A stretch of DNA of 64,000 nucleotides from an uncultured Chloroflexales bacterium (GTDB taxonomy: Bacteria; Chloroflexota; Chloroflexia; Chloroflexales; Chloroflexaceae), in the NCBI GenBank assembly GCA_937902315.1, contig CALGUG010000019.1:8426-72425 (forward strand), read 5' to 3'. The position numbers were made by a program, and so were the translations under genes. Position 1 is the stretch's first letter; every line of letters begins with the position of its first letter. Below, piece by piece: positions 9,138-18,561 of the stretch. The notes under the pieces are model-generated. The model was not told the origin of the DNA. It did no database searches and was given only the letters and a program-made list of their open reading frames with translations.

Positions 9138-9992
9138 ATGACAACGATCTACCAACGTAAAAAAGTGATATCAGATCTGCGAGTTGCTCCTTTAGATGCG
9201 ATCTTCAAAGACGCATCTGATGATGACATGCTTCGATCTGAGATCGCGCAGGAGTTGACGCATTTTGATCTGATCAGCCTTGCAGAGATGGATTCAGTCG
9301 CTCTATTGAATCGAAACGATACAAAATATCTCTGTAGTATCGCTCGATTACGTCAGATTATACCGAATCTTGTGCAAGATTACCGTGTGCTCGAGATCGA
9401 TCAAGTGCGCCTGCATCCCTATCAAACGCTCTATTTTGATAGCACTGATTTCGCTTTGTATTTGATGCACCATGCTGGTCGCAGCAACAAATATAAAGTA
9501 CGTAGTCGCCGTTATCTTACAAGTGATAGCTCTTTTTTAGAGGTAAAACATAAAACGAGCGATGATCGAACCAACAAGCAGCGTCTGCCAACCGAAACAC
9601 TTGTTACCGAGATTTCGTCGGAGGAGGCTCGTTTCCTCGAACGTCATGTGCCTTTTTCGAGCAAGACCCTTGAAGCTAAACTTTGGAATAGCTTTTCGCG
9701 CATTACCTTAGTAGGAAAGCTGCATCCCGAGCGTGTAACGATCGATCTCGGTCTAAGTTACAACTTTGGGGAACGATCTCTCGAATTATCTGAGGTTGTG
9801 GTGGTAGAGGTGAAACAAGACGGTATTCAACGTCGATCGCCCTTTATCCTGCAGATGCGTTCGGCCCTCTCTCGTCCTATGGGCTTTAGCAAATATTGTA
9901 TCGGTGTGGCACTCTTATACCCACATATCAAACACAATAACTTTAAGCCGAAGTTACAACAAGTGAGTAAATTGATGAAAGGATCTAGATAA
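9138..9992 (+). CDS. VTC-domain (polyphosphate-polymerase-like, CYTH/triphosphate tunnel) protein
   Basis: 284 aa resembling bacterial VTC-domain proteins (…RxKY…YFDS…). ~45% GC versus ~60% flanks. Confidence 0.5.
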   Translation: MTTIYQRKKVISDLRVAPLDAIFKDASDDDMLRSEIAQELTHFDLISLAEMDSVALLNRNDTKYLCSIARLRQIIPNLVQDYRVLEIDQVRLHPYQTLYFDSTDFALYLMHHAGRSNKYKVRSRRYLTSDSSFLEVKHKTSDDRTNKQRLPTETLVTEISSEEARFLERHVPFSSKTLEAKLWNSFSRITLVGKLHPERVTIDLGLSYNFGERSLELSEVVVVEVKQDGIQRRSPFILQMRSALSRPMGFSKYCIGVALLYPHIKHNNFKPKLQQVSKLMKGSR

Positions 9993-10579
9993 TGTCTCTT
10001 GACCTCATTACACTTATCATTGGAGCATTTTTTAACCTTGTTGTAGCCCTTTTGATTATTCGAGGTATTTATTACCCTGTAACGCAGAATAAGAACTATG
10101 TGTTCTCATTTGTTGCTTTTAATACAGTAATCTTTTTTGTCTTAGCTCTCTTGAGCAATGTAGAGCTCAGCATCGGTATTGGTTTTGGTCTGTTTGCGAT
10201 CTTCTCCATTCTGCGTTATCGCACCGAAGAGATGCCCAGTCGCGAAATGACCTATCTCTTCACGCTGATCGCTTTGCCTGTGATGAACTCCATTTTGATC
10301 GCCATGGACGAGTGGCCGAAGGTACTGTTCGCCAACTTCATGGTGATGGCTGTGCTCTTTATTTTAGAGCGTAGTTGGGGTTTTCGCTTTTTGGCTCGCC
10401 ATCAGGTCGTCTACGAACGAATCGACTTGATCGTTCCCTCGAAGCGGGCCGAGATGATCGCTGATCTGCGCCAGCGCACCGGTTTGCCGGTTAAGCAGGT
10501 CGAGATCGGCCCGATCGATTTCTTGCGCGATGTTGCCCAAGTGACCGTTTTGTACGATGAAAGAGATCTGAAGTCCTAA
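9992..10579 (+). CDS. DUF4956-like integral membrane protein
   Basis: 195 aa, four or five TM helices. 1-nt stop/start overlap (TAATG) with the VTC gene. AT-richer than the genome. Confidence 0.5.
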   Translation: MSLDLITLIIGAFFNLVVALLIIRGIYYPVTQNKNYVFSFVAFNTVIFFVLALLSNVELSIGIGFGLFAIFSILRYRTEEMPSREMTYLFTLIALPVMNSILIAMDEWPKVLFANFMVMAVLFILERSWGFRFLARHQVVYERIDLIVPSKRAEMIADLRQRTGLPVKQVEIGPIDFLRDVAQVTVLYDERDLKS

Positions 10580-10660
10580 CCAGATCTTGAGCCATCGAGA
10601 TGTGTTGGCTTTGGTTCGAGAATGCTAGGTCGTACCAAAGTGTTTGTGAGGTAGAGATAG

Positions 10661-12355
10661 ATGAAATCACGATGGCTTAGAGCGATGCTGATAGCGCTTA
10701 TGCTGCCGACTTTGGCAGCATGTAGCGCTCAGCAAGCAGATACTTCAGCGAGCGTCGCCTCTGAGGCGGGCTCCCCAACAACTGGCGATTCGGCATCGAC
10801 TGACACGGCTGGTCGCCCTGCTGGCTGGTCGAATGAGAGCCATAGCGATCAAGCTGAACCGAATTACGAAGTTGTCTTTCCGCAAGACAAAGTCAACGAG
10901 ATTCTGATAACGATCAGCCCAGAGAACTGGCAGGCCATGCAGGACAATATGACTGAACTGTATGGTGAGCGTGGGCGCACTGGGCGCGGTGGCTTTGGGC
11001 GACCGCCGCAGCAGGGAGGCAATGGTGAGATGCCTCCACCGCCGCAGGGTGGCTGGGGTGGTGGACCTGGCGGCCCGGGAGGCCCCGGCGGAATGGGCAT
11101 GCTCGAAAAGAGCGAGAATCCCATGTGGGTGCCTTCGACCATCAGCTTTAACGGTCAGACTTGGACCGATGTGGGCATCCGCTACAAGGGTAACTCTTCG
11201 CTGCGCAGCGCGTGGGGCGATAGCACAACCTTGAAGCTGCCCTTCAAACTGAAGTTCGACAAGTTTGAGGACGATATTCCCGCCATCAAGAACCAGCGTT
11301 TTTATGGCTTCCAGACGCTATCGTTCTCGAATAACTTCAGCGACGACAGCGCTATGCGCGACACGCTCACCTACGATATTTTGGAAGCTGCTGGCCTGCC
11401 CGCTTCAGAGACGGCTTACTACTACGTTTCGATCGACTACGGAGAAGGCCCTAAAGTGATCGGCCTCTACACGATGATTGAAGAGACCGACGATACTGTA
11501 GTTAAGAAGTTCTTTGGTGAGGATGAGGGCAATATCTATAAGCCGAGCGGTACAGCGGCCTCGTTTGCTGCTGGCACCGAGAGCGCCATAAAGCAGTCGT
11601 TTGAGAAAGAGAATAACAGCAAAGCCGCCGACTGGAGCGACATCGAAAAGCTCTTCGAGGTGTTACACTCCGAAAAGCGCACCAGCGACCCCGAGGTATG
11701 GCGAGCTGAATTGGAAGCGATCTTTAATGTAAACGACTTCCTGAAGTGGCTGGCGATCAGCTCGGTGATTCAGCACTGGGATAGCTACGGTGCGATGGCT
11801 CATAACTACTACCTCTACAACGACCCTGATACGGGCCAGATCAATTGGATCTCGTGGGATCACAATATGGTTTTGAACGGCGGCGCTATTGGTGGTCGCT
11901 GGCCGGGCGGAGGCAGGCCCGGTGGTGAGCTGCCGCCCGATGCCCAAAACGGTCAAAATCCGCCGCCACAGCCTCCCGCCAATGGTGCAGGCGAGGGCCA
12001 AGGTGGACGTCCGGGCTGGGGCGGCCCGGGAGGACGGGGCGGTTTCGCAGGCATGCGCAGCGTGTCGTTGGATCGCGCCGAGATCGGCGATAACTGGCCG
12101 CTGATCCGCTTTGTGCTCGACGATCCGACGTATTACGCGGCCTATATCGAGGCGATGCGCAGCTTGGTCGGCGAGGGCAAGGCCATCGATGCGAACGCTC
12201 TGGAAGCGAAGTACCAGCGGATCGCCCAGCTGATCGCGCCCTATATGGAGCAAGAGCTTGGTGCCGAGCAGTTCCAACGGGCGGTGCAGCAGTTGCGTGA
12301 GCAGACTCAGCAGCGTGTCAAGGCTGCCGAAGCGTTTCTGGCGACTCAAAACTGA
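10661..12355 (+). CDS. CotH-family (atypical kinase) lipoprotein with two Gly/Pro-rich low-complexity inserts
   Basis: Lipobox LAACS signal. CotH-like core (…HNYYLYNDPDTGQINWISWDHNM…). Inserts GGFGRPPQQGGNGEMPPPPQGGWGGGPGGPGGPGG and GGRWPGGGRPGGELPP…GGRPGWGGPGGRGG. Confidence 0.6.
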   Translation: MKSRWLRAMLIALMLPTLAACSAQQADTSASVASEAGSPTTGDSASTDTAGRPAGWSNESHSDQAEPNYEVVFPQDKVNEILITISPENWQAMQDNMTELYGERGRTGRGGFGRPPQQGGNGEMPPPPQGGWGGGPGGPGGPGGMGMLEKSENPMWVPSTISFNGQTWTDVGIRYKGNSSLRSAWGDSTTLKLPFKLKFDKFEDDIPAIKNQRFYGFQTLSFSNNFSDDSAMRDTLTYDILEAAGLPASETAYYYVSIDYGEGPKVIGLYTMIEETDDTVVKKFFGEDEGNIYKPSGTAASFAAGTESAIKQSFEKENNSKAADWSDIEKLFEVLHSEKRTSDPEVWRAELEAIFNVNDFLKWLAISSVIQHWDSYGAMAHNYYLYNDPDTGQINWISWDHNMVLNGGAIGGRWPGGGRPGGELPPDAQNGQNPPPQPPANGAGEGQGGRPGWGGPGGRGGFAGMRSVSLDRAEIGDNWPLIRFVLDDPTYYAAYIEAMRSLVGEGKAIDANALEAKYQRIAQLIAPYMEQELGAEQFQRAVQQLREQTQQRVKAAEAFLATQN

Positions 12356-12393
12356 TAGCTGCTTGGCGCGAGCTATCGGAAATTCATTTGCTT

Positions 12394-12515
12394 ATACCAA
12401 ATCCGGTTGATTAGGTTCTCTTTGGCCTTCGGCAGAGCGGAACGTGACTAGATCTTTCCCGGCTTTTCGTTTTTCTGAGCGAAGAGCATGCACGTCTTTA
12501 AACGGATTTGGTATT
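12394..12515. repeat. MITE-like repeat family B copy, variant without the central perfect hairpin
   Basis: ATACCAAATCCGGTTGATTAGG…TTGGCCTTCGGCAGAGCGGAAC…TAAACGGATTTGGTAT terminal inverted repeats. Confidence 0.6.
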
Positions 12516-12561
12516 ACGTGATTTGGGGGCGGCTTCAGAGCGCAGAGAGCAGCCCGTATGG

Positions 12562-12622
12562 GCGGAAGGGCTGTTTGTAGCCGGAGGCGGACGCGCTAGC
12601 CGCTTTCTTTGCGGAAGAGACC
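12562..12622. repeat. family A terminus (half copy) abutting the family B copy
   Basis: GTAGCCGGAGGCGGACGCGCTAGCCGCTTTCTTTGCGGAAGAGACC. Confidence 0.55.
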
Positions 12623-12698
12623 TAGTCGCTAAAGCAATACACGCTGCAATCAAGCGAAATGAGAGCCTTGGTAGTGTTTACCAAGGCTCTCGTCGTAG

Positions 12699-14327
12699 TT
12701 AGACTTGGTGCGGGGCGACCCGTTGAACGTGTTGTAACCAGTTCGTGGCCGCATCGATTTCGTTTTGGTTGAGACCGTGGCCGCTGGGCTGCCAGAAGAG
12801 CTCGACCACCGCGCCAGCCTGTTGCAACAGGGTGGCTAGACGCTCGGTCTCGCGGCGCGGAATCAGCGCATCGTACTCGCCAGCACCCATAAAGACCGGA
12901 ATGCGGCCTAGATCGGGCAGGTGATCGGGCACCAGCGGCACCATAGCGTGGAACAAGATCGCTCCGGCCAAGATCGTCGGGCGCAGCAGCATGAGGCTGG
13001 CGGCGATATTTGCTCCATTCGAATAGCCTACCGCGATTACTTTGGAAGGATCGAAGTTGTAGGCTTTGCTGGCGCTGCTGACAAAGTTCGCCAAGTCTTC
13101 GGTGCGGCGACGCAAGTCATCGAGATCAAAGACGCCTTCGGCCAGCCGTCGGAAGAAGCGCGGCATGCCGTGTTCGAGCACCTGACCGCGCGGGCTAAGC
13201 AAGCCAGCCTGGGGATGGATCGCTTTGCCGACCGAAAGCAGGTCGTGCTCGTTGCCTCCGGTGCCGTGCAAAAGCAGCAGCGTGGGCGCATCTGGGCTTT
13301 GAGGTGCGACGTATTGGTGAATAAACGACAAATTTGGGGTTGGCATTTCGGTCACCTTTCGTACTTGCTTCGACGCTTCCTGTTTGCTGGTCGGCGCTTG
13401 GAAGGGCGGCAGACGGCGCTCGATCTGATCGCGCTGTGGCTCGAACCAAGGCGGGAGCACTAAGCTGCTGCCAAGCTCGTCGAGCGCTTCGTTGCGGGTA
13501 AAACCCGGCCCTTCCGTAGCAAATTCAAACAGAATCCCGTTTGCTTCGCGAAAATAGATCGACTCGAAATAGAAGCGATCGCGTATCGGAGTCACATTCA
13601 AACCCGAGGCGCGCAACTGCTCTTGCCATGTTGTCAGAGCGGCACGATCGCTGACCCGCCAAGCAAGATGGTGGATCGTCCCTGAGCCTTGTCGCCCGCG
13701 CGAGATCTCGGGGCGCTCGATCAGCGTGATCGCTGCGCTTTCGCCTTCGCGTTCGAAGATATAGCGGGTTTGGCCGTCTTCGCTACCCAAGAGCTGCAAG
13801 CCGAGCTGCTGCACAAGAAACTGCGCGCTGGCTTGGGCGTTACGCACTACCAGTGTTACACCGAACAGTCCTTGAATAGCGGCTTGGGCAGGAATGATAT
13901 CGTCGAACGAGGCTTTTGGATCGTGGGTCGGCTCTTCGACCAGCTCGATCAACATACCCGCCGGATCGTAAAACGACATTACCTGTTGGCCGAAACGCTC
14001 TTCGGGATCGCTGAAGCGCCACTGGTGAAAGCTGAGATGCTCTTGCCAGAAACTGAACGCTCCTTGGGGCACACGAAAAGCGAGGCTTTTGATCTCGTCG
14101 GAGCCATGGCTGGCGGCCACAGCATCGGGCCAGATAAAAAAGGTCACAATCGTACCAGGATTGGCGTTGTTATCACCGAAATAGAGGTGATAGGTATAGG
14201 GATCGTCGAAGTTGACGGTCTGTTTGACCAAGCGCAAACCGAGCACTTGGGTATAGAAATCAACGTTCTCTTGGGGATCGTTGACGATAGCAGTGATGTG
14301 ATGCAGGCCGAGCAGTGACGTTCGCAT
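12699..14327 (-). CDS. fusion protein: tandem VOC/glyoxalase-fold ring-cleaving dioxygenase (MhqA/MhqE-like) plus C-terminal phospholipase/carboxylesterase alpha/beta-hydrolase (MhqD-like)
   Basis: N-terminal HHITAIV…two VOC repeats, then LLLLHGTGGNEHDL…VGYSNGAN esterase domain. ATG 14327 has an AAAGG RBS; the track's 16-aa N-extension is unlikely. Confidence 0.65.
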   Translation of the reverse strand: MRTSLLGLHHITAIVNDPQENVDFYTQVLGLRLVKQTVNFDDPYTYHLYFGDNNANPGTIVTFFIWPDAVAASHGSDEIKSLAFRVPQGAFSFWQEHLSFHQWRFSDPEERFGQQVMSFYDPAGMLIELVEEPTHDPKASFDDIIPAQAAIQGLFGVTLVVRNAQASAQFLVQQLGLQLLGSEDGQTRYIFEREGESAAITLIERPEISRGRQGSGTIHHLAWRVSDRAALTTWQEQLRASGLNVTPIRDRFYFESIYFREANGILFEFATEGPGFTRNEALDELGSSLVLPPWFEPQRDQIERRLPPFQAPTSKQEASKQVRKVTEMPTPNLSFIHQYVAPQSPDAPTLLLLHGTGGNEHDLLSVGKAIHPQAGLLSPRGQVLEHGMPRFFRRLAEGVFDLDDLRRRTEDLANFVSSASKAYNFDPSKVIAVGYSNGANIAASLMLLRPTILAGAILFHAMVPLVPDHLPDLGRIPVFMGAGEYDALIPRRETERLATLLQQAGAVVELFWQPSGHGLNQNEIDAATNWLQHVQRVAPHQV

Positions 14328-14338
14328 AACAGTGCCTT

Positions 14339-14352
14339 TGTTTAGAACTAAA
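14339..14352. promoter_or_regulatory. palindrome GTTTAGaaCTAAAC upstream of the dioxygenase-esterase gene; candidate MarR operator
   Basis: Perfect 6-bp inverted repeat. The same half-sites recur upstream of the MarR gene at 14873-14890. Confidence 0.45.
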
Positions 14353-14423
14353 CTTTTGTTGCCAAACGGACCCAAAGCTCCGCTGTGGCCCTAGCTATCT
14401 GTTGTGGCGCGCTAGCTTGTAGG

Positions 14424-14867
14424 CTAGGCTTCAAGCTGATGATCGAGTTTGCGCAAAAGGTGCAAGAGCTCGAACTGCTCATCGCGCGTCAAGCCTTGGA
14501 GGAGTTCAGCGATCAGCTGCTCTTGCTGAGGCACCACTTCCTCGTAGAGTTTTTGCCCACGCTCGCTGAGCGATAGCAGATTGCTGCGCCCTTCTTGGCG
14601 ACGCACGATCAGTCCGTCTTGCTCCATTTTTGCCAAGAGTTGCGAGATATTGCCTTTGGTCACTAGCAGGGCAGCCGCTAGCTCTTGTTGGGTGATGCCG
14701 CTCGACGCTCCGACCTTGGCCAGCACATCGAATTGAGCGCTGTTGAGGTCTTGCGAGCGAAAGAAGCGTTCCGACTTGGTATTGATCTTCTGAAAGACCC
14801 GCGCGAGCCGTAACCACGCTAAGACGGCTGGCTGGCGCAGGCTGTTTGATGATGCTGCGCTTTTCAT
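14424..14867 (-). CDS. MarR-family transcriptional regulator (MhqR-like context)
   Basis: 147 aa winged-helix MarR architecture. Immediately upstream and co-directional with the dioxygenase-esterase fusion. Confidence 0.8.
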   Translation of the reverse strand: MKSAASSNSLRQPAVLAWLRLARVFQKINTKSERFFRSQDLNSAQFDVLAKVGASSGITQQELAAALLVTKGNISQLLAKMEQDGLIVRRQEGRSNLLSLSERGQKLYEEVVPQQEQLIAELLQGLTRDEQFELLHLLRKLDHQLEA

Positions 14868-14872
14868 GATTT

Positions 14873-14890
14873 TAGTTTAGCACTAAACTA
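14873..14890. promoter_or_regulatory. palindrome TAGTTTAGcaCTAAACTA directly upstream of the marR start; candidate autoregulatory operator
   Basis: Perfect 8-bp inverted repeat sharing the GTTTAG/CTAAAC half-sites with 14339-14352. Confidence 0.45.
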
Positions 14891-15261
14891 TAGGGATGTC
14901 AAGAGCATTGCCCTGTCGAGCAAGCGCGCGACGAGCGGCCTAGCCTATAGCCAGCGAAGTCTCGGCTGTAAACGGTGTCATAACAAATCTGCTGAAAGGC
15001 TGACATGCTCGCTCATCGGATGTAGTATAAACGGAGCGGCCTTGTGTTTGTGTTGCCATCTATTCACTTGAAATGAGAAAAGGCGTACCTCAGTGCGGAA
15101 AGAATATGTTATTATGGAGATAGCCTCTTTCCAATCTACTCATCCGTCCGACGCAGTGAAGCAGTATGGAAACTAGACGCTAACATCTGGTGTACGCCAT
15201 GTTTTCGGTTTACAGCTTTTGTTAGGATACAACCTTTTTATTGAAATATAAGGGTGGAACG

Positions 15262-16476
15262 ATGGCGGATCTGAACAAAGTCGCACTCTTCACCAACGAA
15301 TATCCTCCCAATGTCTATGGCGGCGCTGGTGTGCACGTCGAGTATCTGAGCCGCGAACTGGCGCGTTTGGTTCCGGTTGAAGTACGCTCGTTTGGCGACC
15401 AAGTGATCGACCAACCCAATCTTAAAGTGCGCGGCTATGGCGCTTGGAGCGAAGCCAAAGTAAATACCGACCCACGCTTTGGGGGTGCGCTCGATGCGAT
15501 GTACCGCAGTTTGGCTATGGCCAAAGACCAGCTCGATGCCGATGTGGTGCACTGTCACACGTGGTACACCGATATGGCTGGTTTTTTAGCCAAAAAGCTC
15601 TGGAACGTGCCCTTGGTTGTGACGATTCACTCGCTTGAGCCGTTGCGCCCTTGGAAGGTCGAACAGCTCGGTAACGGCTACCATCTGAGCAGCTGGATCG
15701 AGAAGACCGGCATCGAAGACGCCGATGCGATCGTAGCGGTGTCGCAAGAGACGCGCAATGATGTTTTACGCTTTTTTAATGTTGATCCCGCCAAGATCCA
15801 TGTGATTCACAACGGTATCGACCTCGATCAATACCGTGCCCAAAGCGCTAGCGATGCCTTAGTGAAGCGCGGCGTCGATCCTTCGCGCCCCTTCGTGCTG
15901 TTTGTCGGACGCATCACCCGCCAAAAAGGCATCATTCACCTTGTCAATGCCATTCCCGAGATCGATCCTTCTATTCAGGTTGTGCTGTGTGCGGGCGCAC
16001 CCGATACCAAAGAGATCGGCGAAGAGATGGAGACGCGGGTTGCAGAGGTCAGCCGCAACCGCGAAGGCGTGATCTGGGTGCGCGAGATGTTGCCGCGCGA
16101 CGAAGTGATCCAGTTCTATTCGCACGCTGCCGTCTTCTGCTGTCCTTCGGTCTACGAACCGTTCGGCATTATCAACCTCGAGGCGATGGCCTGCGAAACC
16201 GCCGTGGTCGCTTCGGCTGTGGGCGGCATTCCCGAAGTGGTTGTGCCGGAGGAGACCGGCCTCTTAGTCGACTTGAAGCTGAAGGAAGGTACCTTCGATC
16301 CGGTCGATCCGGCGGCCTTTTCGCACGATCTTGCCAGCGCGATCAACCGGGTTGCGCTCGATCCGAGTCTGCGCGAGCGCTTCGGTAAGGCGGGGCGTAA
16401 GCGTGTAGAAGAGCATTTTAGCTGGACAGCTATCGCGGAGCGTACCTTGGCGCTCTATAAGTCTCTTGTGAAGTAA
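15262..16476 (+). CDS. glgM: GT4 glycosyltransferase, alpha-maltose-1-phosphate synthase / glycogen synthase (GlgM-like)
   Basis: N-terminus VALFTNEYPPNVYGGAGVHVEYL matches the GlgM/Rv1212c family. Sits next to glgE and mak. AAGGGTGG RBS before ATG 15262. Confidence 0.7.
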   Translation: MADLNKVALFTNEYPPNVYGGAGVHVEYLSRELARLVPVEVRSFGDQVIDQPNLKVRGYGAWSEAKVNTDPRFGGALDAMYRSLAMAKDQLDADVVHCHTWYTDMAGFLAKKLWNVPLVVTIHSLEPLRPWKVEQLGNGYHLSSWIEKTGIEDADAIVAVSQETRNDVLRFFNVDPAKIHVIHNGIDLDQYRAQSASDALVKRGVDPSRPFVLFVGRITRQKGIIHLVNAIPEIDPSIQVVLCAGAPDTKEIGEEMETRVAEVSRNREGVIWVREMLPRDEVIQFYSHAAVFCCPSVYEPFGIINLEAMACETAVVASAVGGIPEVVVPEETGLLVDLKLKEGTFDPVDPAAFSHDLASAINRVALDPSLRERFGKAGRKRVEEHFSWTAIAERTLALYKSLVK

Positions 16477-16521
16477 TCAACTGCGGCGCATCGCTGCGTC
16501 ATTGATATAAGGGGGAATCGC

Positions 16522-18561
16522 GTGAGCATAGAAGCAATCCGCAGCCCAGAGCTGCTCGATGAAACCGGAGATCGCACCTTTCCAGAGACGGGGCGCAGTC
16601 GCGTGGTGATCGAAGGGGTTACGCCCCAGATCGATGCAGGCGCCTTCCCGATCAAGCGAGTGATCGGCGATCGAGTCGACGTCGAAGCTGATGCTTTCAC
16701 CGATGGGCATGATGCTATCTCGGTTTTGCTGCTCTATCGCAAGGCGGGCGCCGAGCGTTGGCAAGAAGTTCCGATGAGCTTCATCACCAACGATCGCTGG
16801 CGTGCCTCCTTCCGCGTCGAAGAGCTTGGACGCTACGAATACACCATTTTGGCTTGGGTCGATCACTTCAAAACTTGGGCGCGCGATATGGAGAAGCGCC
16901 TCGCCGCCGATCAGGTCGCGACTGTCGATCTGCTGATAGGCGAGCAGCTAATTCTCGATGCGGCTCGCTTCGCTTCTGGAGCCGATGCGACGCGCCTCAA
17001 GACCTTTGCGGCTCAACTGCGGGCTGGCGCTGGCGATATCACAGAGCAAGCCCTGTCGCCTGAGCTGGCCGCGTTGATGGCTCGCTACGCTGAGCGCTCG
17101 TTTGCGACCCAGTACGAGCGGATCTTGCAGGTCGAAGTCAATCGCGAGCGCGCGCGCTTCGGAGCTTGGTACGAACTCTTCCCCCGTTCGACCTCGAGCG
17201 AGCCGGGCAAGCACGGCACCTTCAAAGATGTCGAAAAGCGCCTGCCCTACGTGGCCTCGATGGGCTTCGATGTGCTCTATCTGCCGCCGATCCACCCGAT
17301 CGGCTTCACCTTCCGCAAGGGGCGTAACAATACGACCGAAGCGCTCGAAGGCGATGTGGGCAGCCCATGGGCGATCGGCTCTAGCGAAGGCGGCCATAAG
17401 TCGATTTTGAGCGAGCTGGGCACGCTTGAAGACTTTAAGCATATGCTGGCGGTTGCGGCCGATCTGGGGATCGAGATCGCTATGGATATTGCCTTCCAGT
17501 GCGCACCCGATCACCCCTATGTCAAAGAACATCCCGAGTGGTTTAAGATCCGCCCCGACGGCACGATTCAGTACGCCGAAAATCCGCCCAAGAAGTACCA
17601 AGACATCTATCCGTTCAACTTCGAGAGCGAAGATTGGCAAGGCTTGTGGGAGGAGCTGAAGAGCGTCTTTATCTTTTGGTGCGAACAGGGTGTGCGGATT
17701 TTCCGGGTCGATAACCCTCATACCAAACCCTTCCCCTTCTGGCAGTGGGTGATCGCCGAGGTCAAGCGCGACTATCCCGATACGATCTTCCTTTCGGAAG
17801 CCTTTACGCGCCCCAAAGTGCTCTATCGCTTAGCTAAGCTGGGCTTCACTCAGTCTTACAACTACTTCCCATGGCGCAACACCAAGGCCGAGATCACCGA
17901 GTACCTGACTGAGCTGACCACTACCGAGGTCAAGGAGTATTGTGGGCCGAACCTCTGGTCGAATACGCCCGATATCTTGACCGAATACCTGCAGTACGGC
18001 GGGCGTCCGGCCTTTATGAGCCGTTTGGTTTTGATGGCGACTCTTGGCCCCAGCTATGGCATGTACGGTCCGGCCTTTGAGCTGTGCGAAAACACGCCGA
18101 TCGCTCCCGGCAAAGAGGAGTATCTCAACTCAGAGAAGTACGAGATCAAGACTTGGAATTGGGACGATCCCAATAGCTTGGCGCCCTTGATTACGGTGGT
18201 GAATAAGGCCCGACGCGAGCATAAAGCCTTGCAGAGCAACCACAATCTGCGCTTTGTGCCAACCACCAACGATCAGATCATCGCTTATACCAAGACCAGC
18301 GAAGATGGCAGCGATCAGATCTTGGTCGTGGTGAACCTCGACCCCAACTATGTTCAGTCGGCCTTCGTCGATCTGCCGCTGGGCGAGCTTGGTCTCGACG
18401 AGCACCAACCCTATCAAGTACACGACCTGCTGACCGATGCCCGCTATATCTGGCATGGATCGCGCAACTATGTTGAGCTCAATCCTTCCTATCTTCCGGC
18501 GCACCTCTTTGTGATTCGTCGCCGTGTGCGCAGCGAACACGACTTTGATTATTACCTATGA
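16522..18561 (+). CDS. glgE: alpha-1,4-glucan:maltose-1-phosphate maltosyltransferase
   Basis: Strong full-length GlgE similarity (RFGAWYELFPRS…FRVDNPHTKP…). GTG start with AAGGGGGAA RBS. Confidence 0.9.
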   Translation: MSIEAIRSPELLDETGDRTFPETGRSRVVIEGVTPQIDAGAFPIKRVIGDRVDVEADAFTDGHDAISVLLLYRKAGAERWQEVPMSFITNDRWRASFRVEELGRYEYTILAWVDHFKTWARDMEKRLAADQVATVDLLIGEQLILDAARFASGADATRLKTFAAQLRAGAGDITEQALSPELAALMARYAERSFATQYERILQVEVNRERARFGAWYELFPRSTSSEPGKHGTFKDVEKRLPYVASMGFDVLYLPPIHPIGFTFRKGRNNTTEALEGDVGSPWAIGSSEGGHKSILSELGTLEDFKHMLAVAADLGIEIAMDIAFQCAPDHPYVKEHPEWFKIRPDGTIQYAENPPKKYQDIYPFNFESEDWQGLWEELKSVFIFWCEQGVRIFRVDNPHTKPFPFWQWVIAEVKRDYPDTIFLSEAFTRPKVLYRLAKLGFTQSYNYFPWRNTKAEITEYLTELTTTEVKEYCGPNLWSNTPDILTEYLQYGGRPAFMSRLVLMATLGPSYGMYGPAFELCENTPIAPGKEEYLNSEKYEIKTWNWDDPNSLAPLITVVNKARREHKALQSNHNLRFVPTTNDQIIAYTKTSEDGSDQILVVVNLDPNYVQSAFVDLPLGELGLDEHQPYQVHDLLTDARYIWHGSRNYVELNPSYLPAHLFVIRRRVRSEHDFDYYL

